From Cenococcum geophilum (lineage: Eukaryota), in contig CP158635.1 in the NCBI GenBank assembly GCA_050273025.1, forward strand, positions 6,324,001-6,388,000: a stretch of DNA of 64,000 bases, read 5' to 3'. Positions 40,254 through 52,642 of this stretch are shown piece after piece; within the stretch, counting starts at the first letter, position 1; each line of letters begins with the position of its first letter. Under the pieces are notes generated by a model. That model saw only the letters and a program-made list of their open reading frames with translations, searched no databases and was not told the DNA's origin. The position numbers were made by a program, and so were the translations under genes.

Positions 40254-40426
40254 TTTAGAGACTAATTGCTAGCTCTTCTCTAGAGGAGATTTTATTAATG
40301 TCCTACTAATATCTTAAAGAAGATATAGTTAGATAGATAAGGGGCGGAGGGTTTTACTAATAACTTAAAAGGATTATAAAGGGAGCTGGTTCTCCCCTAA
40401 AGAAGAACTAATAATTAGTCTCTAAA
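40254..40426. mobile_element. Small MITE-like element with 36-bp inverted ends
   Basis: TTTAGAGACTAATTGCTAGCTCTTCTCTAGAGGAGA versus the reverse complement of 40391-40426 differs only by 5 transitions. Confidence 0.65.
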
Positions 40427-41330
40427 GTTTTTATAATAAAGAATATTAGTAGCTTCTACGTAAATAGCTTTATATATTTATAAGAGGGTAATTAGTATAT
40501 TTAAGAATAAAAAGTGGTTAATAGCTCTTATTTAAATTAAACTGACTTATTTAAAGCAGAATTAGTAAGCGAAGTTTGGAAGGGAGGTTAAGAATATAGT
40601 AGGGCTGTTTATCGCTATAGGCTAAGCAAATTATTTTCGCAATAAGAAAAGAAGGATAGTATGCCACCTCAGCTTTATATTAATCGCTGGTGCGGGGCTG
40701 GGTTTTCCTTAGCATATTTTATTATATATATCCTCTATAGTCTTTAGTGAAAAACTCCCCTTACTAGGATCTATTTCCGTCTGTGGACTCAGCTAAGGGT
40801 GAGTAGCCCTAAGCAACCTTAAGCACGCCCTAAGCACGTAAGGACGGCCCCGTTCTAGGCACTTAGTATTAGAGCTGCGCACACGCTGCAAATTTGCAAG
40901 CAAACTAGGCCCATATAGGAAATCAGCATGCAATTTTTAAAACCCGACGGAAACCGACAAATTGGGCCTGTTTTGGGGGCGCAGAGCTGGAGGACCTCTA
41001 CGTGGCTGACGGGCGGAGCGATTTCTTGAAGCAATTAGAGCCAGACTTACAGTCACGTGACTATATCTGGCGATGCAGCAATGCAACTCTGCAGCTGATA
41101 CGGACCCAGTTCCAGCCCTGTGTAATAGATGCAAATTTACCGCAGCGCTAAGCTTATATAGGAAATTAGTATGCGACTTCAAAATAACGGAAGTTTTGAC
41201 TGCAATTGGGGTGCAGAGCCTTGCTAAGGGCATTGTTCCAAGGCCGCGCGTGCAGCCAATTGTCGTGCGTCAAAAACTTCAACTTATAATTATATATATA
41301 CAAGTTAATTATGATATTATGATAATTTAT

Positions 41331-41544
41331 GGCAAGATGGCCGAGCGGTCCAAGGCGTGCGGTAGGGTGATAAGTCTTGATTTCTATGCAAGTGTTAATC
41401 ATTCTATATTAGACTCAAGCGTTAAGCTTCCTATTAGTGATATTAGGTTATTCTCATGGGTATGCTTACTTTAAGTCTCTTGGTATCTATTAAATTAACA
41501 TTACAAGGCTTTTGCCCGCGGGGGTTCGAATCCCTCTCTTGTCA
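41331..41544 (+). tRNA. tRNA-Leu(CAA) with three intervening sequences (two GT-AG, one canonical)
   Basis: Acceptor GGCAAGA/TCTTGTC-A, D arm GCCGAGCGGTCCAAGGC, CT-CAA-G at 41414-41419, T loop GGTTCGAATCC, T-run terminator at ~41549. Exons 41331-41361, 41413-41419, 41451-41459, 41508-41544 give 84 nt. One C:T mismatch in the anticodon stem. Confidence 0.85.
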
Positions 41545-41639
41545 ATTATTTTTTTCCTTTTTCTTATTTAACTAGTAGCTATCATCGGGAAAATATTCGC
41601 AGGATGAGATTCAAGTAGACTTTGTTTTTCGCGTTTCGC

Positions 41640-41940
41640 GTAATTGATATGCAATTTAACCAACTCGATACGCAATTGACCAACTTAACACGTAATTGAC
41701 CAACTTGATATACAACTTAACTAACTTAATATATAACTTAACTAACTTAATACGCAATTAACTAACTTAATATATTTAAAAGTTAAATAATATATAGTTA
41801 ACCTACTTAATAACTTTAAAAGCTAACTATATATTCCTTAATATGCAATTAACTAACTTAAAATTTAAATAATATATAGTTAACTAACTTAATAACTTTA
41901 AAAGCTAACTGCATATTCCTTAATATATAATTAAGGTAAT
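41640..41940 (+). repeat. Degenerate 20-bp tandem array (GCAATTGACCAACTTGATAC-like), probable transposon subterminal repeats
   Basis: Repeated CAATTGACCAACTT / CAATTAACTAACTT units, increasingly AT-rich rightwards. Confidence 0.7.
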
Positions 41941-42165
41941 ATAATATATTATTTTAAAGTTGTATGCTAATTACGCAAATAAATTTTTACTATTTTCTTA
42001 GCCTATAGTATGCTAGCTTATAATATATATTAGGATTAAAATAATTTTATATAATTTTATATAATCTTATATAATCTTATATAGTCCTATATAGTCTTAT
42101 ATAGGTTCTATACTAGCTTAGCTACTTTTACTATTTATCCTAGCTTCTATATAATAACGCAATAC

Positions 42166-45100
42166 TATAACGGAACCTTGTAGTAAGAACTACGATGGGT
42201 TCGTTAATAGGCTAGGTGTATAGGAAATGTAAGTATAAAAGTTAACAACGTAATAACAACTGGTGGAGTAGTTGCCTAACAGATTAACTCTAATTGTATT
42301 CTAAGAATTACTATAAGGAAGGAACTATCTAGGTAGGGACTAAGGGTCCTTAAATATACAACCGTACTTCTAAGAAAGTTATTACTCTATCTGCTCTATC
42401 TACTTTATTTACTCTGCGATAGATCTTATAGATTATACAGATTATACAGATCACATCACGTAACTCTGCTTACTATTCCTCGTTATATGGTTCTATGGGT
42501 TCCATCCTAAACCGTGCTTGTATTAACTAACTAGCTTCTTCTAACTCCTCTCTAAGTAGTCGTAATATTGTACTTAAAGCGTCCGTAACACCATCTCCCT
42601 TCTCTCTATCTTTGTCCTTAAAGATACCTAGCATCTCTAGGTCGTTTACTAAAGGTATAATATCCGTCTAATTAATTTAGTTAATATCGTTACTTATAAT
42701 ACCTAAAGCACCTTCTTCTTCCTCTATAGCCCGTCGGTCTTATACCGTTGCTATAATATTGTCTCTTAGTGAGATAATACCATCTCTATGTTCTTGTTAT
42801 ATAAAAGAGGGGCTGGTTTACGTTATATTAGTAAGTCCTTTATCCTAGCAACCTTTCTCTTATTTAGAGTGCACTAAAGCGAATATTCAGTTATCCTATA
42901 ATGTTCGCTCTATCTCTAATGTTAAATATACGTAACCTATTACTCTTAATAGTTATCTAGTTCCCTAATTAATTTGTTTTAGGGTCTTGTGTTTAATCTA
43001 AGGCAGAAAAACTTAAGGGTAATCTTGCCGTAGCGCTAGCGGAAGCCTATTATTAATCTAAAGAATTTACTTATACCCTTAAGGCTTAGCAGTCTGCCTT
43101 TATAAAAGTTTAGCGTCTTTAACGCGTTTGTAAGAAGGTCCGTTTTAAAGAGTAGAAACTTATAAAATAAGGTCTATAGGAACTAGGTAATAAAAGAACG
43201 GATTCTCTTCTAATAAAGAAGGAAATAAATCTGAGTAGTTCGGTAACTGCTCTTTTTAGGTCCCCCTTAGGTGACTTATTCTTTAGCGATCCTTTTTTAT
43301 TAATACTACCTAACCTAATCTCTTCCGATACTCCTATACCTTTCCTATAGCGTTCTTTAAATTCTCTAGTAGCTCCTAGGTAGTCTTAGTATAGCCTATC
43401 TACTTAACCTCGTACTATATTTCGTCGTTAATATTCTTATAATTAACGATCTTTGATACTTGCCATTTGTCTTCTTCTTATCCTCTATATATATCTGCTT
43501 TATAAACCGGTGGCTTAATATTCCTATATGCTAGCTCTAGCATTGCGATATACTGTATAGGGTAGATCTTTATTTTGGCTAGTAGGTTTAACTTAAACGT
43601 AACTAATAAAATCCTCTATGTAATTTCGAAAGGTCCTAGTCTGACGTAGTCCAATTTCTTACTTAGTCGTCAACTCTTGAAATTTTTGTGTAGTAGCTAT
43701 ACTTTATCTCCCTCCTTAAGATCTGGTCCCTTAGATCTTTTAGTATTATAGTACTTTTTTATTCTCTCTTATACTTTCTTTACTAATTCCGTAAGGTCTA
43801 TATAAAGATTCATTAATATCTTTATTCTTTCTTTAGCTGTACTACTTATTTTCTTCGCTTGCTGTAGTAATAATAATATTCTTAGCTCGTATCCATAATT
43901 TACCTTAAATAGTAATATGCCTATTCCTTCTTAAGGTATTGTATTGTATGTAAATTGTATAACTAGTAATAGTAATACCTAATTATTCTGTGCATGATTG
44001 ATATAATATCTTAAATACTACTCTAGCGTCTAATTTAATCTTTCTGTTTAACCGTCTGTCTATAAATAATATGCGGTAGAAGTTGCTGCTTAAACTCCTT
44101 GCTCCGCTAAGAACACTTCCTAGAATACTACTACGAATCTTAGATCTCTATCCGATATGATTTTGCTTAGTGCTCCATATCTTATAAATACTTCTTTAAC
44201 GTAGATTCTAGCAATATCTTCTACTGAGATTTCTTCTGTGCATACTATAAAGTATCCCCACTTTGTAAGCTTATCTACTATTACTAAGATCGCGTTATGA
44301 TCTTATCCGGTAATAGGATCTTTTAATTTTGGCAACTTAATAATAAAGTCCCATAATATGACCTCCTATGGTCTCTCTAGTATTTTAACAGGTTGTAGCC
44401 CTTTATATAGCTTATGCCTTATTAGTTTATTTCTTTAGTAATCTAAATATTCCTTTATAACTCTTCTAGCTATCCTCTAGATTCCATTAATAACGTACTC
44501 CTCCTGTAGTCTTAACACTAAGCCCGTAGCTCTATTGTGTCCTTAGGTTAGTCCCTTATAGAAGTCTTCCACAAATTACTCTGCTATGCTTTTTAGGATG
44601 TACTTTACTTCTCGATTTTCGTATATATCCGTCTATAGATCTTCTAGCTATGCTTCTAGAATTCTTTGTGCCTAAAAGCTTTCTAATATCTCGTAGACTT
44701 TCTCTAGTTCGTCTTCTTAAGTTACTATAATTTTTGGATAATTATACCTAATTAATCTGTCTGTATCTTTTCGCAATAAAGCCCCTAATAGCTTTTCCTT
44801 ATTTTGTAGTTTAGCTTTATGGCTTAGAGCATCTGCCCGCGTGTTGTCTGTACCTTTAGTATACTAAATCTTAAAATAGTATTCCGTAAGCATCTCTGCC
44901 TATCTAACCTATCTTTAGTTAAGTTCCTTTGTTATTAGGAATCCTATTAGGTTCTTATAATCTGTCTTAACTATAAATAGTTTCTCTATGCCTTATAAGA
45001 ATACTCTCTATTTCTTTAATACTGCAACTATACCTAACAACTCTTTGTTATAGATGTTATAGTTTAACTCTGGTAGTATTATTTTCCGACTATAGTATAT

Positions 45101-48100
45101 TACTGGGTGCTATCTATCTTAATACCTTTACATAAAGCACGCCCCTAGTGTATAGTTTAATGTATCTGTTTTTATAACTATCTCTAGTTCTAGTTAATAG
45201 ATCTTAAGAATTAGCTCCTAGGTAAATAACTCTTTAACTTTTTTAAAGAGTTTTCTTTACTCTTCCCCCTATACCTATAGTTCTTCTTTCTTTATTAACC
45301 ACGTAAATGGCTTAATATCCTTTAACCACTACGCTATAAACCTTTTATAGTAATTGCAAAACCCTAGAAACGATCTTAACTATATAACGTTCTCTAGTTC
45401 CTACTAATTCACTATAGCCTTAATCTTTTTTAGATCTATACTAAGTTGGCCTAGTTTAATAATAAATTTAACAAAATTGGTCTTCCTAGTAAAGAACTTG
45501 TATTTCTTAATTACTACTAGCATCTGTTCTTTTTATAGTCTCTTTAAGACCTATTTAACGTATTCCCTATATTCTTCCTTAGTTATTAAGTAGATAATAA
45601 TATTGTTAAGATATACTATAATAAATTTATCTAAGTGTTCTCCTAATATATTATTAATACGCTTCTGGAACGTTGCTAGTGCGTTTATAAGCCCAAATTA
45701 TATAACTAATAGTTTATATAGTCCTTCCTTTAACCTAAAGGCTGCCTTCTATTTGTTGCCTTCCTTAATCCTGATTTAATAGTACGCCTATCTTAGATCT
45801 ATCTTTATAAAGATTTGCGTATTGCCTATTCTATCTTAGATTTCGCTAATTAAGGGTAAAGGATACCTATCCTTTCTAGTAATGCTGTTTAACTGTCTAT
45901 AGTCGATACACAGCCTTAGTTTGCCATTTTTCTTCGGTATAAATAGTACTAGATAACCCGCTAATAACTGCGATGGTTTAATGTATCCCTTTTATAAATT
46001 TTCCTAGATAAACTCTTTTAACGCTTTACCCTCTTCTTTAGTAAGCTTATAGATTAGAAAGAACTTTAAACTTATTCCTAGTTCTAACTCTATTTTATAG
46101 TCCCATACTGCATATTCTAATAGCTTTTTACTTTCTGGTAACTATAGTTTCTTACCGTACTTATGGTATCTCTTTAGTATATAGCTTAGTCCTTTTTCTG
46201 TTTCTTTATAGGTTGCTCCTACTTAGTACTATACTAACTTAGCTTATTATTGCATCTTATAGCGTTAAGTATCTCTAATATTAATCTAACTTGTAATCCA
46301 ATTAATTCTTAGATTATATTCCTATAACTAAGGTATGCCTAATACTGCCTCGTCCCGTCCCAATAGTAGGATATTAAAAGACATCTTAATTTATTTTCCT
46401 TTAATAGTTATCTAAATAGGCCCTATTTTAAGATTAATGATCCCTCCTCTATAGGTTATTAGATCTCCTAAAATTGTAGCTAATAGGTAAGGTTACTCTT
46501 TTTATCTATAAGGTAGCCCTATTCTCTTAACTGCTACTAGTGAGATATAGTTTCGCGTTGCTCTACTATCTATTAGCGCTTTAAACTGCTAATCTTGCCA
46601 ATTAATCCGTAAATTTAGGTATTATCCTTAAATTCCTTTAAGGGTCTGAAGCTCTACTACTGGCTCCCTTTAGTCCTATAGGCCTCTACTTTTCTTAACT
46701 ATTAGCCACTTAATCCTAGTGCACTTGGCTTATTTTTTAGCTAATACCTAGTTTACTTTTTATCTTTAATATGCTATAGACACGTGTTTTCTGGGCATTC
46801 CCACTACTGTTATCCGTCTAAGTATTCTTCTGTAAGGAATCTTCCTAGTTAAAGTACTAAACTTTCTTCCTCTTAGATTTCTATTAGATGCTATCCATGC
46901 ATATATTTAGTATTCCTATACTATTGCTTATCTATTATCCAGTATATCCTTATAGGGTATTTCTGATTCTTTTCTTTTAGATTCTTATATATTTTGTATA
47001 TATTGTCTACGTACGCAATTTATAATAACATATAGTGTGCTAGGTGCTTTAGGTTAACTTTTAGCTTATTTTTATCCTTAAGTTTAAACCTTTATCGTAC
47101 TAATCTAAACGTTATGACTTTATTTATAGGTACTAAGATGCGCCTCTTACTTTTTTAGTCCTCTAAACGTTCCTCTAGATCCTTTAACGTTATAATTAAG
47201 GCTCCTTTAATATACGTTATGGCCTTCTCTATAATTAGGTAGTCCTAAATAACTTTTTTATCTAACTATATATAGAAATTTTCCCACTTATTATTGCGTT
47301 GTTGCCTATACCACTTTTAGTACAGCTACTAGAGTATATATGGTCTATCCGTAAGAAAATATCTCTTTATTACTACATTATAATAGCTTTTAGTATATTA
47401 TTCTTTGAACCTAGTAGGAATCCCTAAATCCTCTTCTTGTTCCAGTTTGGTAAGCCACTTAGCTCTTAATATACCTTCTCTCGGCCTATTAGTAATTCTT
47501 TATACTAGTGCTCTGTCCTTTATACGTCCCAATATGCTAGATTTTTTATCTAGTTTCTGTTTTTACTACGCGATAATTCTTTATCTAAATTCTTTTATAG
47601 TTTTTTTTAGTTTGCGCCTTGCGCTCTAATCCTTAAAGTTATCTTACTTCTTAATCCTAGTATTAATTTTTCGATCTTTAGTCCGAATACTTTATTTAAC
47701 TAGTAAATCCTCTAGGTCCATATATTTGTCTCCTAGTTTAATTACTATTTATACTGCAGATTCTCTAATTTATAAAGAAGCTCCTAGCCTCTTATCTATA
47801 GGTGTCCTAATTTATACCCCGAATTCTTGACCCCTTAGGTTCTTTAATCCTGAGCTTACTTCTAACCTAAGCTTAGCTCCTACCTTAGTCTAACTAGGCT
47901 TAACTAGTGTCCTTATCTCGTCTTAAGAATCTTAGATCTTACTTATCTTATCTTAAGAATCTTATACTATTAGGAATTCTTGTCCTAAGCTTATTTATAT
48001 ATCTTTAAACTAAGCCGCTGCTCTGCTCTATTAGTTTCTATCTATTATAGATTCTTAAGCTTGCCTTATCTCGTCTTAAGAATCTTAGTCGTCTCTTATC

Positions 48101-50113
48101 TTATCTTAAGAATCTTAAGCCTTTGGCTTTTTGCCTTTATTAAGTGCCAAAGTGGTTTACTGTCCTACTTCTCTTATATCTCGCGAAGCGATAAACATTA
48201 TATTTAGTGGGGTTTTAATCCCTACTAATATTCCTTATTCTGTAATAGAATTATCCTCTACCTTTAGTATAACATTTTTAAGGTCTACTCGCTCCTAATA
48301 AGCGGCCCTTGTTACCTTATTGTTACTAAATGTTTTACCTAGGTTAAATTTATCGTCTTTAATATCCGATCTGTGAACTAGTTCGTTAGTTCCTTTATAT
48401 TCTATAGGTACTAGCTCTTATAGCTAATAGCTTGCGCCGTACTTAGCGTCCTTATAAATTTAGTATACGTTATTATAATAAAACGCAAAACTTCTAATTA
48501 AATACTCTTTTGTTCCTTACAGTATATTATTATCCCTTTATACATATATGTCGTCTACTAATCTTATACCTTTTACTACGTGGTAACTCTGCCTACTTCT
48601 ATAGTCTCTAATATAATAACCCTATTTTCCGCAATTTATATAAGCTCCTTCTTTAAACTATTTCTCTTATTATAGAGTCCGCCTAAATGTCTTCTGCTAT
48701 TAAAATCCCTAATTCGGCCTCTGCTCCTTAGACCTTTAATTACTTAATTCTTATCCTCTAGGTTTCTATAGTTTGCTCCCTCTCTTATAGGCTTCTTTGG
48801 TACTACTTAGGTCTATTAGCTCTATACCATACTATAGTTTCTAACTTAGCTTTTATTATTGCGTACTTTATGCCTTATATAACTATAGAACTCTATCCTA
48901 GCCTCTTTTAGCCTATTCCCTTTAGTAGATCTAATTGTTAATCTTAATTGCCTAATCTATTAGTCCCTTTAAGGTATCCGCATCTTCTATTAGGATAATC
49001 GCGTCCTAGACTTTAGCCTTAAGTCCCTGTTTATATTATACTATAAGCGCCCTATTATTCCACTCTACTTATATTGCTAGTATCTAGAACTATATTATAT
49101 ACTTAATTGCTAAAGTTTATTACATGAGGTTCTGGAGTTTTCTTTCCACTATAGTTGTTTCTTCCGGGTCTCTAAATATCTGCGTTAGTTATTCTATAAA
49201 TCCTTCCTAACTTAAGAACATAAATTACATGTCTTAGTTAGTAGTCGTCATTCCGTTTACCTATATCTCCATAAGGTAAAGTTTAAACCACTTAAGTACT
49301 TTTCCTAATAAGAATAGTTCTGTATAGGCTATCCAATCCACAGGTATAGGTAACTTTGCTCCCTTCTATAAGACCTTAAAATATATCTATATAAGGAATT
49401 CTTTAAGCTTTAACTTCTCTCCTATAAATCTCTTAATTGATAGTAGCTTAATCTTTACTGCTTCTATCCCATTAAGTCTTTCTTCTAATACTATATTATT
49501 AGCTGTTAGCTAGTTAACTATTTCTTATAGCTATCTAACCGTCACAGGTTGCTGTAAGTTAGTATCCGCTATACTAGTGTTACCTCCTATCCTTAAAGTA
49601 GTTGCTACCGTTAATAGCGTTATGGTGGCTGCTTTTGGTGGCATGTTGTTCGACTTCTTATATTAATACTATAACTGGGTAGTAATTGTGTAACGGAACC
49701 TTGTAGTAAGAACTATAATGGGTTTGTTAATAGGCTAGGTATATAGGAAATGCAAGTATAAAAGTTAATAACGTAATAATAACTAGTGGAGTGGTTGCCT
49801 AATAGATTAACTCTAATTATATTCTAAGAATTACTACGAGGAAGGAACTATCTAGGTAGGGACTAAGGGTCCTTAAATACATAACCGTACTTCTAAGAAA
49901 GTTGTTGCTCTATCTGCTCTATCTGCTCTGTTTACTCTGCGATAGATCTTATAGATTATATAGATTATATAGATTATATTACGTGACTCTACTTACCATT
50001 CCTTGTTATATGGTTCCACGGGTTTTATCCTAGACTGTGCTTATATTAACTAACTAGCTTCTTCCGACTCCTCTCTAAGTAGTTATAATATTGTACTTAA
50101 AGCGTCCGTAACA
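42166..50113 (-). mobile_element. Full-length Ty3/Gypsy chromovirus, RIP-inactivated
   Basis: 425-bp LTRs 42166-42590 and 49689-50113. TSD AATAC. PPT complement CCATCTCCCTTCTCTC at 42591. Gag, protease IDSRA ~46560, RT YL(D)(D)IIIY ~45590, integrase, chromodomain KWQVSKIV..(W)YEVK(W)IGY ~43350-43475. Confidence 0.95.
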
Positions 50114-52642
50114 AATACAGGTTCCTTCTTTAAGAAAGTTATCCGAGTATAGAGTATTGTATTAGTCCTAATTAATATAATTATTGATATAGTATAAATC
50201 TGGATAAGAAGTAGCGGCTAAAACAATATGCGCGCTTTATAGAATAGATGGCATTAAATAAAAGCGACTACCTCTAAGTACTTGCCTAGTATTTACGCTT
50301 AAGCGCGGCTACCTTTTTACCTTAACTATGCCGTGTATTAGATGCGGTAGTCCATAATTTAATAGCTAAAGCAGCTCTACTATAGCTCTAGTATACTATA
50401 TGTATACACCGTACTTATCTAACCTTTTAATATCTAGAATAGTAATAATTAGCTGAAGCTGGCCTATAAGTCTTCCACCTAACGGTGTGCGGCCCTTTCT
50501 AATACGGTCGTCGTTATCTATATACTCTTAAACCTATACGTAATTACGCCTCTACTGGTTAGAATATTGCCAATCTGGTGTATAACGTACTACCTCACTA
50601 ATTTAGGCCTTAAGGTTGGTTGTATTTTTTCCGTCTTGTTTCTAATAGCGGATAGATAGATATATTTTAATAAGTAGGCGCTTAACCTATAAAGGATCCT
50701 TCTCTTTCTGGTCTATATCGGAGTTCTAGGCACATTCGCCTTATAGTTTTTGCCTGCACTCTTGGATAAATACTGTAATGCCGTCTAGAAACCCTAGGAT
50801 TTTGTAGTAGTTTGCTATATAAGATATATAAAGCCACGTCTTTAACCCAAGACACCTTTGGATAAGATCCGTTGCCCTATCTATGTCTTCTAAAGGCTAC
50901 TAAAGCTTTGCAACTGCTAAATGCTATATTAGTTAAGTAACCTATACCTCTAGACGCTGGGAAGACTGTAGTATAGAATTACTATTTGTGAAAGCTATTT
51001 TGTCTTCTATTGCTAGTACTGCTACCTATCTTAAATTATAAGAGCAGATTTAAAATAGCGAATCCTATTTATTTGTTAAGTTATAAAACGCCTTAATAAT
51101 GTAACGGTGTCCAGCTTCGCTATTTACGCTAGTGTAGTACCTATCTGCGCATCCGTATAGGCGGATATTTTCCTTAAAATATATAAGGGCATGGAATTTT
51201 AGTATATTAAAATGGCCTATATTAGAATCCTTTGCCTTTAAATAGAAACTTTAAAACACGCCTTTAAGCATATTAATTCGATATAGGGCGTGGTATATAT
51301 ATTATAGTGTTTTCTTATTATAGGTGCGATACTGAGCTATAATAACAAAGTTGTATACGGCTCTTGTAAAATGCATAGTATATAGTTCCCTAGATGACAG
51401 CAGTAGGGCTAGCACAGCGACAAGTTGACGAACTATGGCTTTTTGTTCATTACCTATCTATTAAGTAACTTTACTAAATAACAGATTATTAAACCATTTT
51501 AGCCCCGTAAAAGCCAGGACTTATCTAAAACGCTAATTAAGCTAAGCCTCCGCAGATATATTTATTATAGTTGTCTTTATCCCTCTTCTCTTTCTTTTTA
51601 GCTAGATAACATTACCTACTAGTTTCTATACCTATTTAATAAGTCGTATAATAATACCCTTTAGAAGCTAATATAGAACATCTACTATTATACCCTTATG
51701 GATGTTAAATAGGCGATAGTGCCACGCGAAATATTCTACTGGGTATACCCAGTTGTCTAAGGATGGAAGAATGTTCTCTAGTTGCTGGCGTTTAATCTGT
51801 CTTCTCGTCTCCTCATGGGTGCGTGGCGGGTATTATTTCTCGGTTAAGTTCTTGCGCTTTAAAGGGGGGACCTAGCACATAGTGTAGTGCTATCGGCTTT
51901 TAACACCTATAAGCAGCACTTATTCTTTATAGTCTGCTATTATTCCATATATAATTAGATAACATTATTGCACAAAATTATCCGCACATTAAAGGTCTAT
52001 GCCGCTTTCTGCAAGATGCTTAATTGCTATTATATTTTAGTTTATGGAATATAGCGTTAGAATACTAAAGCAGGACTTATGTTTAAGTATAGTTCTTATC
52101 GCCTTATAATATGCTTTACTTTTTATATTGTTATCCTTTTCTTTAATAACTGGCATAAAACTAATAAGAATATTTGCGGGGGATGTCTATTGGCGTTAAA
52201 CTTGTCGGTTAAGATTACCGATGGTAAGATATACCGGCTAGGCCGATTTATTGCTATAGTATATTATTAGCTAGGTCTTATTAACTGCTATAAGTATAGG
52301 AACTACTGTAGCACCGCTAGGAACCTTGCCTTATGTCTTTTACTACTAGTTACTACTATATAGCTTATTATAGACTTGGTAGTTATTAGCATTATAGAGT
52401 CTCTTTAGTGTATATACTAGTGTATCTTTAAAGGGTTAATGGCCAATTAGAAAGGTAATTACATTTATAACATCCTGGTAAAGAATATAGTATTTCCTCT
52501 GCTTAGAGCCTTTAATGTTTAATTCTACCTTATACTCTAATTGGAGCTATTATTTATCTTATATACTAAATAGAATAGCGGTAATTAGTTCCTCCTATTA
52601 ATTTGCAGATTGGAAGCTAAGTAGGCTATGAAGTGGGCTAAG

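Noticed and set aside
41358..41370. Reading the tRNA as tRNA-Pro(AGG/GGG) with one long intron
   Set aside because: No matching 3' stem for TGCGG. D arm, acceptor and long variable arm are Leu-type, and CTCAAG/TTCTCA lie downstream.
40937..41474. ORFs 40937-41233, 41073-41474 and 41166-41402
   Set aside because: No recognisable domains; two overlap the tRNA. Likely chance ORFs in unRIPed sequence.
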